Origin: Auanema rhodensis
Taxonomy: Eukaryota > Animalia > Nematoda
Assembly (NCBI GenBank): GCA_964057225.1
Contig: OZ059897.1
Span: 3,100,001-3,164,000, forward strand
Direction of reading: 5' to 3'
DNA: 64,000 bases
The translations under genes were made by a program, and so were the position numbers. The notes under the pieces are model-generated. The model saw nothing but the letters and a program-made list of their open reading frames with translations, ran no database searches and was not told the origin of the DNA. Below, piece after piece: positions 10,601-24,900 of this stretch; positions within the stretch are counted from its first letter, which is position 1; the number at the start of each line of letters is the position of its first letter.

Positions 10601-13148
10601 CGGATTTTTAAGCTGCGTCGATCTGTGTTATCAGATTTGAGTTAGCTTAAAAATGCACCGAGATATCAACTGATATATGTTCACACTTATATCCTCGATT
10701 TTCACCCTGAAGAAATTGTCCATCGTCTTTGTCTTGAAAAAAGGAATCTAAAAACATCTACGTTTTGTGAAATTATTTAGAAATTTTTCGGGAAAATTTT
10801 TGTCAAAATGTTTTTGGAAGCAATGTTGAGTGTACATGGGAACTCAACATACACTAATGCATTATTTTTCAAACGATCATAACTAATTTCTGTAAATAGC
10901 GTTTCTCAATGTAGTATAGTGCATTCGATGCGGATTTTTAAGCTGCGTCGATCTGTGTTATCAGATTTGAGTTAGCTTAAAAATGCACCGAGATATCAAC
11001 TGATATATGTTCACACTTATATCCTCGATTTTCACCCTGAAGAAATTGTCCATCGTCTTTGTCTTGAAAAAAGGAATCTAAAAACATCTACGTTTTGTGA
11101 AATTATTTAGAAATTTTTCGGGAAAATTTTTGTCAAAATGTTTTTGGAAGCAATGTTGAGTGTACATGGGAACTCAACATACACTAATGCATTATTTTTC
11201 AAACGATCATAACTAATTTCTGTAAATAGCGTTTCTCAATGTAGTATAGTGCATTCGATGCGAATTTTTAAGCTGCGTCGATCTGTGTTATCAGATTTGA
11301 GTTAGCTTAAAAATGCACCGAGATATCAACTGATATATGTTCACACTTATATCCTCGATTTTCACCCTGAAGAAATAGTTTTTTCGTTGAAAAACATTGT
11401 CCATCGTCTTTGCCTTGAAAAAAGGAATCTAAAAACATCTACTTTTTGTGAAATTATTTAGAAATTTTTCGGGAAAATTTTTGTCAAAATGTTTTTGGAA
11501 GCAATGTTGAGTGTACATGGGAACTCAACATACACTAATGCATTATTTTTCAAACGATCATAACTTATTTTTGTATAGAGCGTTTCTCAATGTAGTATAG
11601 TGCATTCGATGCGGATTTTTAAGCTGCGTCGATCTGTGTTATCAGATTTGAGTTAGCTTAAAAATGCACCGAGATATCAACTGATATATGTTCACACTTA
11701 TATCCTCGACTTTCACCCTGAAGAAATAGTTTTTTCGTTGAAAAACATTGTCCATCGTCTTTGCCTTGAAAAAAGAAATCTAAAAACATCTACTTTTTGT
11801 GAAATTATTTAGAAATTTTTCGGGAAAATTTTTGTCACAATGTTTTTGAAAGCAATGTTGAGTGTACATGGAAACTCAACATACACTAATGCATCATTTT
11901 TCAAACGATCATAGCTAATTTTTGTATTGAGCGTTTCTCAATGTAGTTTAGTGCATTCGATGCGGATTTTTAAGCTGCGTCGATCTGTGTTATCAGATTT
12001 GCGCTAGCTTAAAAATGCACCGAGATATCAACTGATATAAGTTCACACTTATATCCTCGATTTTCACCCTGAAGAATTAATTTTTTCGTTGAATAACATT
12101 GTCCATCGTTTTTGCCTTGAAAAAAGGAATCTAAAAACATCTACTTTTTGTGAAATTATTTAGAAATTTTTCGGGAAAATTTTTGTCAAAATGTTTTTGG
12201 AAGCAATGTTGAGTGTACATGGGAACTCAACATACACTAATGCATTATTTTTCAAATGATCATAACTTATTTTTGTATAGAGCGTTTCTCAATGTAGTAT
12301 AGTGCATTCGATGCGGATTTTTAAGCTGCGTCGATCTGTGTTATCAGATTTGAGTTAGCTTAAAAATGCACCGAGATATCAACTGATATATGTTCACACT
12401 TATATCCTCGATTTTCACCCTGAAGAAATTGTCCATCGTCTTTGTCTTGAAAAAAGGAATCTAAAAACATCTACGTTTTGTGAAATTATTTAGAAATTTT
12501 TCGGGAAAATTTTTGTCAAAATGTTTTTGGAAGCAATGTTGAGTGTACATGGGAACTCAACATACACTAATGCATTATTTTTCAAACGATCATAACTAAT
12601 TTCTGTAAATAGCGTTTCTCAATGTAGTATAGTGCATTCGATGCGAATTTTTAAGCTGCGTCGATCTGTGTTATCAGATTTGAGTTAGCTTAAAAATGCA
12701 CCGAGATATCAACTGATATATGTTCACACTTATATCCTCGATTTTCACCCTGAAGAAATAGTTTTTTCGTTGAAAAACATTGTCCATCGTCTTTGCCTTG
12801 AAAAAAGGAATCTAAAAACATCTACTTTTTGTGAAATTATTTAGAAATTTTTCGGGAAAATTTTTGTCAAAATGTTTTTGGAAGCAATGTTGAGTGTACA
12901 TGAGAACTCAACATACACTAATGCATTATTTTTCAAACGATCATAACTAATTTCTGTAAATAGCGTTTCTCAATGTAGTATAGTGCATTCGATGCGAATT
13001 TTTAAGCTGCGTCGATCTGTGTTATCAGATTTGAGTTAGCTTAAAAATGCACCGAGATATCAACTGATATATGTTCACACTTATATCCTCGACTTTCACC
13101 CTGAAGAAATGATTTTTTCGTTGAATAACATTGTCCATCGTCTTCGTC

Positions 13149-15605
13149 TTGAAAAAAGGAATCTAAAAACATCTACTTTTTGTGAAATTATTTAGAAATT
13201 TTTCGGGAAAATTTTTGTCAAAATGTTTTTGGAAGCAATGTTGAGTGTACATGGGAACTCAACATACACTAATGCATTATTTTTCAAACGATCATAACTT
13301 ATTTTTGTATAGAGCGTTTCTCAATGTAGTATAGTGCATTTGATGCGGATTTTTAAGCTGCGTCGATCTGTGTTATCAGATTTGAGTTAGCTTAAAAATG
13401 CACCGAGATATCAACTGATATATGTTCACACTTATATCCTCGACTTTCACCCTGAAGAAATGATTTTTTCGTTGAATAACATTGTCCATCGTCTTCGTCT
13501 TGAAAAAAGGAATCTAAAAACATCTACTTTTTGTGAAATTATTTAGAAATTTTTCGGGAAAATTTTTGTCAAAATGTTTTTGGAAGCAATGTTGAGTGTA
13601 CATGGGAACTCAACATACACTAATGCATTATTTTTCAAACGATCATAACTTATTTTTGTATAGAGCGTTTCTCAATGTAGTATAGTGCATTCGATGCGGA
13701 TTTTTAAGCTGCGTCGATCTGTGTTATCAGATTTGAGTTAGCTTAAAAATGCACCGAGATATCAACTGATATATGTTCACACTTATATCCTCGATTTTCA
13801 CCCTGAAGAAATGATTTTTTCGTTGAATAACATTGTCCATCGTCTTCGTCTTGAAAAAAGGAATCTAAAAACATCTACTTTTTGTGAAATTATTTAGAAA
13901 TTTTTCGGGAAAATTTTTGTCAAAATGTTTTTGGAAGCAATGTTGAGTGTACATGGGAACTCAACATACACTAATGCATTATTTTTCAAACGATCATAAC
14001 TAATTTTTGTAAATAGCGTTTCTCAAGGTAGTAAAGTGCATTCGATGCGGATTTTTAAGCTGCGTCGATCTGTTTTATCAGATTTGCGCTAGCTTAAAAA
14101 TGCACCAAGATATCAACTGATATAAGTTCACACTTATATCCTCGATTTTCACCCTGAAGAAATGATTTTTTCGTTGAAAAACATTGTCCATCGTCTTTGC
14201 CTTGAAAAAAGGAATCTAAAAACATCTACTTTTTGTGAAATTATTTAGAAATTTTTCGGGAAAATTTTTGTCAAAATGTTTTTGGAAGCAATGTTGAGTG
14301 TACATGGGAACTCAACATACACTAATGCATTATTTTTCAAACGATCATAACTTATTTTTGTATAGAGCGTTTCTCAATGTAGTATAGTGCATTCGATGCG
14401 GATTTTTAAGCTGCGTCGATATGTGTTATCAGATTTGAGTTAGCTTAAAAATGCACCGAGATATCAACTGATATATGTTCACACTTATATCCTCGACTTT
14501 CACCCTGAAGAAATGATTTTTTCGTTGAATAACATTGTCCATCGTCTTCGTCTTGAAAAAAGGAATCTAAAAACATCTACTTTTTGTGAAATTATTTAGA
14601 AATTTTTCGGGAAAATTTTTGTCAAAATGTTTTTGGAAGCAATGTTGAGTGTACATGGGAACTCAACATACACTAATGCATTATTTTTCAAACGATCATA
14701 ACTTATTTTTGTATAGAGCGTTTCTCAATGTAGTATAGTGCATTCGATGCGGATTTTTAAGCTGCGTCGATCTGTGTTATCAGATTTGAGTTAGCTTAAA
14801 AATGCACCGAGATATCAACTGATATATGTTCACACTTATATCCTCGATTTTCACCCTGAAGAAATGATTTTTTCGTTGAATAACATTGTCCATCGTCTTC
14901 GTCTTGAAAAAAGGAATCTAAAAACATCTACTTTTTGTGAAATTATTTAGAAATTTTTCGGGAAAATTTTTGTCAAAATGTTTTTGGAAGCAATGTTGAG
15001 TGTACATGGGAACTCAACATACACTAATGCATTATTTTTCAAACGATCATAACTAATTTTTGTAAATAGCGTTTCTCAAGGTAGTAAAGTGCATTCGATG
15101 CGGATTTTTAAGCTGCGTCGATCTGTGTTATCAGATTTGCGCTAGCTTAAAAATGCACCAAGATATCAACTGATATAAGTTCACACTTATATCCTCGATT
15201 TTCACCCTGAAGAAATGATTTTTTCGTTGAAAAACATTGTCCATCGTCTTTGCCTTGAAAAAAGGAATCTAAAAACATCTACTTTTTGTGAAATTATTTA
15301 GAAATTTTTCGGGAAAATTTTTGTCAAAATGTTTTTGGAAGCAATGTTGAGTGTACATGGGAACTCAGCATACACTAATGCATTATTTTTCAAACGATCA
15401 TAACTTATTTTTGTATAGAGCGTTTCTCAATGTAGTATAGTGCATTCGATGCGGATTTTTAAGCTGCGTCGATCTGTGTTATCAGATTTGAGTTAGCTTA
15501 AAAATGCACCGAGATATCAACTGATATATGTTCACACTTATATCCTCGATTTTCACCCTGAAGAAATGATTTTTTCGTTGAATAACATTGTCCATCGTCT
15601 TCGTC
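13149..15605. repeat. Variant domain II (first, short occurrence): 3-mer organisation with the 'C' monomer
   Basis: The C haplotype (AAGGTAGTAAAG, TTGCGCTAG, CACCAAGA, GATATAAG) is at about 14030 and 15083, 1053 bp apart. Confidence 0.8.
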
Positions 15606-18600
15606 TTGAAAAAAGGAATCTAAAAATATCTACTTTTTGTGAAATTATTTAGAAATTTTTCGGGAAAATTTTTGTCAAAATGTTTTTGGAAGCAATGTTG
15701 AGTGTACATAGGAACTCAACATACACTAATGCATTATTTTTCAAACGATCATAACTAATTTTTGTATATAGCGTTTCTCAATGTAGTATAGTGCATTCGA
15801 TGCGGATTTTTGAGCTGCGTTGATCTGTGTTATCAGATTTGAGTTAACTTAAAAATGCACCGAGATATCAACTGATATAGGTTCACACTTATATCCTCGA
15901 TTTTCACCCTGAAGAAGTAGTTTTTTCGTTGAAAAACATTGTCCATCGTCTTCGTCATGAAAAAAGGAATCTAAAAACATCTACTTTTTAAGAAATTATT
16001 TAGAAATTTTTCGGGAAAATTTTTGTCAAAATGTTTTTGGAAGCAATGTTGAGTGTACATGGGAACTCAACATACACTAATGCATTATTTTTCAAACGAT
16101 CATAACTTATTTTTGTATAGAGCGTTTCTCAATGTAGTATAGTGCATTCGATGCGGATTTTTAAGCTGCGTCGATCTGTGTTATCAGATTTGAGTTAGCT
16201 TAAAAATGCACCGAGATATCAACTGATATATGTTCACACTTATATCCTCGATTTTCACCCTGAAGAAATGATTTTTTCGTTGAATAACATTTTCCATCGT
16301 CTTCGTCTTGAAAAAAGAAATCTAAAAACATCTACTTTTTGTGAAATTATTTAGAAATTTTTCGGGAAAATTTTTGTCAAAATGTTTTTAGAAGCAATGT
16401 TGAGTGTACATGGGAACTCAACATACACTAATGCATTATTTTTCAAACGATCATAACTAATTTTTGTAAATAGCGTTTCTCAAGGTAGTATAGTGCATTC
16501 GATGCGGATTTTTAAGCTGCGTCGATCTGTGTTATCAGATTTGAGTTAGCTTAAAAATGCACCGAGATATCAACTGATATATGTTCACACTTATATCCTC
16601 GATTTTCAAACTGAAGAATTGATTTTTTCGTTGAATAACATTGTCCATCGTCTTCGTCTTGAAAAAAGGAATCTAAAAACATCTACTTTTTGTGAAATTA
16701 TTTAGAAATTTTTCGGGAAAATTTTTGTCAAAATGTTTTTGGAAGCAATGTTGAGTGTACATGGGAACTCAGCATACACTAATGCATTATTTTTCAAACG
16801 ATAATAACTAATTTTTGTATAGAGCGTTTCTTAATGTAGTATAGTGCATTCGATGCGGATTTTTAAGTTGCGTTGATCTGTGTTATCAGATTTGAGTTAG
16901 CTTAAAAATGCACCGAGATATCAACTGATTTATGTTCACACTTATATCCTCGATTTTCACCCTGAAGAAATGATTTTTTCGATGAATAACATTGTCCATC
17001 ATCTTCGTCTTGAAAAAAGGAATCTAAAAACATCTACTTTTTGTGAAATTATTTAGAAATTTTTCGGGAAAATTTTTGTCAAAATGTTTTTGGAAGCAAT
17101 GTTGAGTGTACATGGGAACTCAACATACACTAATGCATTATTTTTCAAACGATCATAACTAATTTTTGTATAGAGCGTTTCTCAATGTAGTATAGTGCAT
17201 CCGATGCGGATTTTTAAGCTGCGTTGATCTGTGTTATCAGATTTGAGTTAACTTAAAAATGCACCGAGATATCAACTGATATAGGTTCACACTTATATCC
17301 TCGATTTTCACCCTGAAGAAGTAGTTTTTTCGTTGAAAAACATTGTCCATCGTCTTCGTCATGAAAAAAGGAATCTAAAAACATCTACTTTTTAAGAAAT
17401 TATTTAGAAATTTTTCGGGAAAATTTTTGTCAAAATGTTTTTGGAAGCAATGTTGAGTGTACATGGGAACTCAACATACACTAATGCATTATTTTTCAAA
17501 CGATCATAACTTATTTTTGTATAGAGCGTTTCTCAATGTAGTATAGTGCATTCGATGCGGATTTTTAAGCTGCGTCGATCTGTGTTATCAGATTTGAGTT
17601 AGCTTAAAAATGCACCGAGATATCAACTGATATATGTTCACACTTATATCCTCGATTTTCACCCTGAAGAAATGATTTTTTCGTTGAATAACATTTTCCA
17701 TCGTCTTCGTCTTGAAAAAAGAAATCTAAAAACATCTACTTTTTGTGAAATTATTTAGAAATTTTTCGGGAAAATTTTTGTCAAAATGTTTTTAGAAGCA
17801 ATGTTGAGTGTACATGGGAACTCAACATACACTAATGCATTATTTTTCAAACGATCATAACTAATTTTTGTAAATAGCGTTTCTCAAGGTAGTATAGTGC
17901 ATTCGATGCGGATTTTTAAGCTGCGTCGATCTGTGTTATCAGATTTGAGTTAGCTTAAAAATGCACCGAGATATCAACTGATATATGTTCACACTTATAT
18001 CCTCGATTTTCAAACTGAAGAATTGATTTTTTCGTTGAATAACATTGTCCATCGTCTTCGTCTTGAAAAAAGGAATCTAAAAACATCTACTTTTTGTGAA
18101 ATTATTTAGAAATTTTTCGGGAAAATTTTTGTCAAAATGTTTTTGGAAGCAATGTTGAGTGTACATGGGAACTCAACATACACTAATGCATTATTTTTCA
18201 AACGATCATAACTATTTTCTGTAAATAGCGTTTCTCAATGTAGTATAGTGCATTCGATGCGGATTTTTAAGCTGCGTTGATCTGTGTTATCAGATTTGAG
18301 TTAACTTAAAAATGCACCGAGATATCAACTGATATAGGTTCACACTTATATCCTCGATTTTCACCCTGAAGAAATAATTTTTTCGTTGAAAAACATTCTC
18401 CATCGTCTTCGTCATGAAAAAAGGAATCTAAAAACATCTACTTTTTGTGAAATTATTTAGAAATTTTTCGGGAAAATTTTTGTCAAAATGTTTTTGGAAG
18501 CAATGTTGAGTGTACATGGGAACTCAGCATACACTAATGCATTATTTTTCAAACGATAATAACTAATTTTTGTATAGAGCGTTTCTTAATGTAGTATAGT

Positions 18601-20519
18601 GCATTCGATGCGGATTTTTAAGTTGCGTTGATCTGTGTTATCAGATTTGAGTTAGCTTAAAAATGCACCGAGATATCAACTGATTTATGTTCACACTTAT
18701 ATCCTCGATTTTCACCCTGAAGAAATGATTTTTTCGATGAATAACATTGTCCATCATCTTCGTCTTGAAAAAAGGAATCTAAAAACATCTACTTTTTGTG
18801 AAATTATTTAGAAATTTTTCGGGAAAATTTTTGTCAAAATGTTTTTGGAAGCAATGTTGAGTGTACATGGGAACTCAACATACACTAATGCATTATTTTT
18901 CAAACGATCATAACTAATTTTTGTATAGAGCGTTTCTCAATGTAGTATAGTGCATCCGATGCGGATTTTTAAGCTGCGTTGATCTGTGTTATCAGATTTG
19001 AGTTAACTTAAAAATGCACCGAGATATCAACTGATATAGGTTCACACTTATATCCTCGATTTTCACCCTGAAGAAGTAGTTTTTTCGTTGAAAAACATTG
19101 TCCATCGTCTTCGTCATGAAAAAAGGAATCTAAAAACATCTACTTTTTAAGAAATTATTCAGAAATTTTTCGGGAAAATTTTTGTCAAAATGTTTTTGGA
19201 AGCAATGTTGAGTGTACATGGGAACTCAACATACACTAATGCATTATTTTTCAAACGATCATAACTTATTTTTGTATAGAGCGTTTCTCAATGTAGTATA
19301 GTGCATTCGATGCGGATTTTTAAGCTGCGTTGATCTGTGTTATCAGATTTGAGTTAACTTAAAAATGCACCGAGATATCAACTGATATAGGTTCACACTT
19401 ATATCCTCGATTTTCACCCTGAAGAAATAATTTTTTCGTTGAAAAACATTCTCCATCGTCTTCGTCATGAAAAAAGGAATCTAAAAACATCTACTTTTTG
19501 TGAAATTATTTAGAAATTTTTCGGGAAAATTTTTGTCAAAATGTTTTTGGAAGCAATGTTGAGTGTACATGGGAACTCAGCATACACTAATGCATTATTT
19601 TTCAAACGATAATAACTAATTTTCGTATAGAGCGTTTCTTAATGTAGTATAGTGCATTCGATGCGGATTTTTAAGTTGCGTTGATCTGTGTTATCAGATT
19701 TGAGTTAGCTTAAAAATGCACCGAGATATCAACTGATTTATGTTCACACTTATATCCTCGATTTTCACCCTGAAGAAATGATTTTTTCGATGAATAACAT
19801 TGTCCATCATCTTCGTCTTGAAAAAAGGAATCTAAAAACATCTACTTTTTGTGAAATTATTTAGAAATTTTTCGGGAAAATTTTTGTCAAAATGTTTTTG
19901 GAAGCAATGTTGAGTGTACATGGGAACTCAACATACACTAATGCATTATTTTTCAAACGATCATAACTAATTTTTGTATAGAGCGTTTCTCAATGTAGTA
20001 TAGTGCATCCGATGCGGATTTTTAAGCTGCGTTGATCTGTGTTATCAGATTTGAGTTAACTTAAAAATGCACCGAGATATCAACTGATATAGGTTCACAC
20101 TTATATCCTCGATTTTCACCCTGAAGAAGTAGTTTTTTCGTTGAAAAACATTGTCCATCGTCTTCGTCATGAAAAAAGGAATCTAAAAACATCTACTTTT
20201 TAAGAAATTATTTAGAAATTTTTCGGGAAAATTTTTGTCAAAATGTTTTTGGAAGCAATGTTGAGTGTACATGGGAACTCAACATACACTAATGCATTAT
20301 TTTTCAAACGATCATAACTTATTTTTGTATAGAGCGTTTCTCAATGTAGTATAGTGCATTCGATGCGGATTTTTAAGCTGCGTCGATCTGTGTTATCAGA
20401 TTTGAGTTAGCTTAAAAATGCACCGAGATATCAACTGATATATGTTCACACTTATATCCTCGATTTTCACCCTGAAGAAATGATTTTTTCGTTGAATTAC
20501 ATTTTCCATCGTCTTCGTC
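15606..20519. repeat. Variant domain III (first occurrence)
   Basis: Markers: GTTAACTT, CGTCATGAA, TTTTTAAGAAA, GATAATAAC, TTCTTAATG, AAGTTGCGTTG, GATTTATG, CCATCATC, TTCAAACTG. Confidence 0.8.
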
Positions 20520-21902
20520 TTGAAAAAAGGAATCTAAAAACATCTACTTTTTGTGAAATTATTTAGAAATTTTTCGGGAAAATTTTTGTCAAAATGTTTT
20601 TGGAAGCAATGTTGAGTGTACATGGGAACTCAACATACACTAATGCATTATTTTTCAAACGATCATAACTAATTTTTGTATAGAGCGTTTCTCAATGTAG
20701 TATAGTGCATTCGATGCGGATTTTTAAGCTGCGTCGATCTGTGTTATCAGATTTGAGTTAGCTTAAAAATGCACCGAGATATCAACTGATATATGTTCAC
20801 ACTTATATCCTCGATTTTCACCCTGAAGAAATTGTCCATCGTCTTTGTCTTGAAAAAAGGAATCTAAAAACATCTACGTTTTGTGAAATTATTTAGAAAT
20901 TTTTCGGGAAAATTTTTGTCAAAATGTTTTTGGAAGCAATGTTGAGTGTACATGGGAACTCAACATACACTAATGCATTATTTTTCAAACGATCATAACT
21001 AATTTCTGTAAATAGCGTTTCTCAATGTAGTATAATGCATTCGATGCGAATTTTTAAGCTGCGTCGATCTGTGTTATCAGATTTGAGTTAGCTTAAAAAT
21101 GCACCGAGATATCAACTGATATATGTTCACACTTATATCCTCGATTTTCACCCTGAAGAAATAGTTTTTTCGTTGAAAAACATTGTCCATCGTCTTTGCC
21201 TTGAAAAAAGGAATCTAAAAACATCTACTTTTTGTGAAATTATTTAGAAATTTTTCGGGAAAATTTTTGTCAAAATTGTTTTGGAAGCAATGTTGAGTGT
21301 ACATGGGAACTCAACATACACTAATGCATTATTTTTCAAACGATCATAACTTATTTTTGTATAGAGCGTTTCTCAATGTAGTATAGTGCATTCGATGCGG
21401 ATTTTTAAGCTGCGTCGATCTGTGTTATCAGATTTGAGTTAGCTTAAAAATGCACCGAGATATCAACTGATATATGTTCACACTTATATCCTCGACTTTC
21501 ACCCTGAAGAAATAGTTTTTTCGTTGAAAAACATTGTCCATCGTCTTTGCCTTGAAAAAAGGAATCTAAAAACATCTACTTTTTGTGAAATTATTTAGAA
21601 ATTTTTCGGGAAAATTTTTGTCACAATGTTTTTGAAAGCAATGTTGAGTGTACATGGAAACTCAACATACAGTAATGCATCATTTTTCAAACGATCATAG
21701 CTAATTTTTGTATTGAGCGTTTCTCAATGTAGTATAGTGCATTCGATGCGGATTTTTAAGCTGCGTCGATCTGTGTTATCAGATTTGCGCTAGCTTAAAA
21801 ATGCACCGAGATATCAACTGATATAAGTTCACACTTATATCCTCGATTTTCACCCTGAAGAATTAATTTTTTCGTTGAATAACATTGTCCATCGTTTTTG
21901 CC
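20520..21902. repeat. Variant domain I (second, short occurrence; 4 monomers)
   Basis: A deletion monomer (junction about 20831) is followed by GCGAATTT, GACTTT/ATAGTTT and GTCACAATG...CGTTTTTGCC monomers, in the same order as about 10735-12117. Confidence 0.8.
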
Positions 21903-24900
21903 TTGAAAAAAGGAATCTAAAAACATCTACTTTTTGTGAAATTATTTAGAAATTTTTCGGGAAAATTTTTGTCAAAATGTTTTTGGAAGCAATGTTGAGT
22001 GTACATGGGAACTCAACATACACTAATGCATTATTTTTCAAACGATCATAACTTATTTTTGTATAGAGCGTTTCTCAATGTAGTATAGTGCATTCGATGC
22101 GGATTTTTAAGCTGCGTCGATCTGTGTTATCAGATTTGAGTTAGCTTAAAAATGCACCGAGATATCAACTGATATATGTTCACACTTATATCCTCGACTT
22201 TCACCCTGAAGAAATGATTTTTTCGTTGAATAACATTGTCCATCGTCTTCGTCTTGAAAAAAGGAATCTAAAAACATCTACTTTTTGTGAAATTATTTAG
22301 AAATTTTTCGGGAAAATTTTTGTCAAAATGTTTTTGGAAGCAATGTTGAGTGTACATGGGAACTCAACATACACTAATGCTTTATTTTTCAAACGATCAT
22401 AACTTATTTTTGTATAGAGCGTTTCTCAATGTAGTATAGTGCATTCGATGCGGATTTTTAAGCTGCGTCGATCTGTGTTATCAGATTTGAGTTAGCTTAA
22501 AAATGCACCGAGATATCAACTGATATATGTTCACACTTATATCCTCGATTTTCACCCTGAAGAAATGATTTTTTCGTTGAATAACATTGTCCATCGTCTT
22601 CGTCTTGAAAAAAGGAATCTAAAAACATCTACTTTTTGTGAAATTATTCAGAAATTTTTCGGGAAAATTTTTGTCAAAATGTTTTTGGAAGCAATGTTGA
22701 GTGTACATGGGAACTCAACATACACTAATGCATTATTTTTCGAACGATCATAACTAATTTTTGTAAATAGCGTTTCTCAAGGTAGTATAGTGCATTCGAT
22801 GCGGATTTTTAAGCTGCGTCGATCTGTGTTATCAGATTTGCACTAGCTTAAAAATGCACCAAGATATCAACTGATATAAGTTCACACTTATATCCTCGAT
22901 TTTCACCCTGAAGAAATGATTTTTTCGTTGAAAAACATTGTCCATCGTCTTTGCCTTGAAAAAAGGAATCTAAAAACATCTACTTTTTGTGAAATTATTT
23001 AGAAATTTTTCGGGAAAATTTTTGTCAAAATGTTTTTGGAAGCAATGTTGAGTGTACATGGGAACTCAACATACACTAATGCATTATTTTTCAAACGATC
23101 ATAACTTATTTTTGTATAGAGCGTTTCTCAATGTAGTATAGTGCATTCGATGCGGATTTTTAAGCTGCGTCGATCTGTGTTATCAGATTTGAGTTAGCTT
23201 AAAAATGCACCGAGATATCAACTGATATATGTTCACACTTATATCCTCGACTTTCACCCTGAAGAAATGATTTTTTCGTTGAATAACATTGTCCATCGTC
23301 TTCGTCTTGAAAAAAGGAATCTAAAAACATCTACTTTTTGTGAAATTATTTAGAAATTTTTCGGGAAAATTTTTGTCAAAATGTTTTTGGAAGCAATGTT
23401 GAGTGTACATGGGAACTCAACATACACTAATGCATTATTTTTCAAACGATCATAACTTATTTTTGTATAGAGCGTTTCTCAATGTAGTATAGTGCATTCG
23501 ATGCGGATTTATAAGCTGCGTCGATCTGTGTTATCAGATTTGAGTTAGCTTAAAAATGCACCGAGATATCAACTGATATATGTTCACACTTATATCCTCG
23601 ATTTTCACCCTGAAGAAATGATTTTTTCGTTGAATAACATTGTCCATCGTCTTCGTCTTGAAAAAAGGAATCTAAAAACATCTACTTTTTGTGAAATTAT
23701 TTAGAAATTTTTCGGGAAAATTTTTGTCAAAATGTTTTTGGAAGCAATGTTGAGTGTACATGGGAACTCAACATACACTAATGCATTATTTTTCGAACGA
23801 TCATAACTAATTTTTGTAAATAGCGTTTCTCAAGGTAGTATAGTGCATTCGATGCGGATTTTTAAGCTGCGTCGATCTGTGTTATCAGATTTGCACTAGC
23901 TTAAAAATGCACCAAGATATCAACTGATATAAGTTCACACTTATATCCTCGATTTTCACCCTGAAGAAATGATTTTTTCGTTGAAAAACATTGTCCATCG
24001 TCTTTGCCTTGAAAAAAGGAATCTAAAAACATCTACTTTTTGTGAAATTATTTAGAAATTTTTCGGGAAAATTTTTGTCAAAATGTTTTTGGAAGCAATG
24101 TTGAGTGTACATGGGAACTCAACATACACTAATGCATTATTTTTCAAACGATCATAACTTATTTTTGTATAGAGCGTTTCTCAATGTAGTATAGTGCATT
24201 CGATGCGGATTTTTAAGCTGCGTCGATCTGTGTTATCAGATTTGAGTTAGCTTAAAAATGCACCGAGATATCAACTGATATATGTTCACACTTATATCCT
24301 CGACTTTCACCCTGAAGAAATGATTTTTTCGTTGAATAACATTGTCCATCGTCTTCGTCTTGAAAAAAGGAATCTAAAAACATCTACTTTTTGTGAAATT
24401 ATTTAGAAATTTTTCGGGAAAATTTTTGTCAAAATGTTTTTGGAAGCAATGTTGAGTGTACATGGGAACTCAACATACACTAATGCATTATTTTTCAAAC
24501 GATCATAACTTATTTTTGTATAGAGCGTTTCTCAATGTAGTATAGTGCATTCGATGCGGATTTTTAAGCTGCGTCGATCTGTGTTATCAGATTTGAGTTA
24601 GCTTAAAAATGCACCGAGATATCAACTGATATATGTTCACACTTATATCCTCGATTTTCACCCTGAAGAAATGATTTTTTCGTTGAATAACATTGTCCAT
24701 CGTCTTCGTCTTGAAAAAAGGAATCTAAAAACATCTACTTTTTGTGAAATTATTTAGAAATTTTTCGGGAAAATTTTTGTCAAAATGTTTTTGGAAGCAA
24801 TGTTGAGTGTACATGGGAACTCAACATACACTAATGCATTATTTTTCAAACGATCATAACTAATTTTTGTAAATAGCGTTTCTCAAGGTAGTAAAGTGCA

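Larger units (their letters stand above)
1..13148. repeat. Variant domain I (first occurrence): most heterogeneous monomers, holds 9 of the 10 21-bp-deletion monomers
   Basis: Markers: GTCACAATG, TTTGAAAGC, GGAAACTC, GCATCATTT, CATAGCT, GTATTGAGC, GAATTAATT, GCGAATTT and the deletion junction GAAGAAATTGTCC. The boundary is approximate. Confidence 0.8.
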
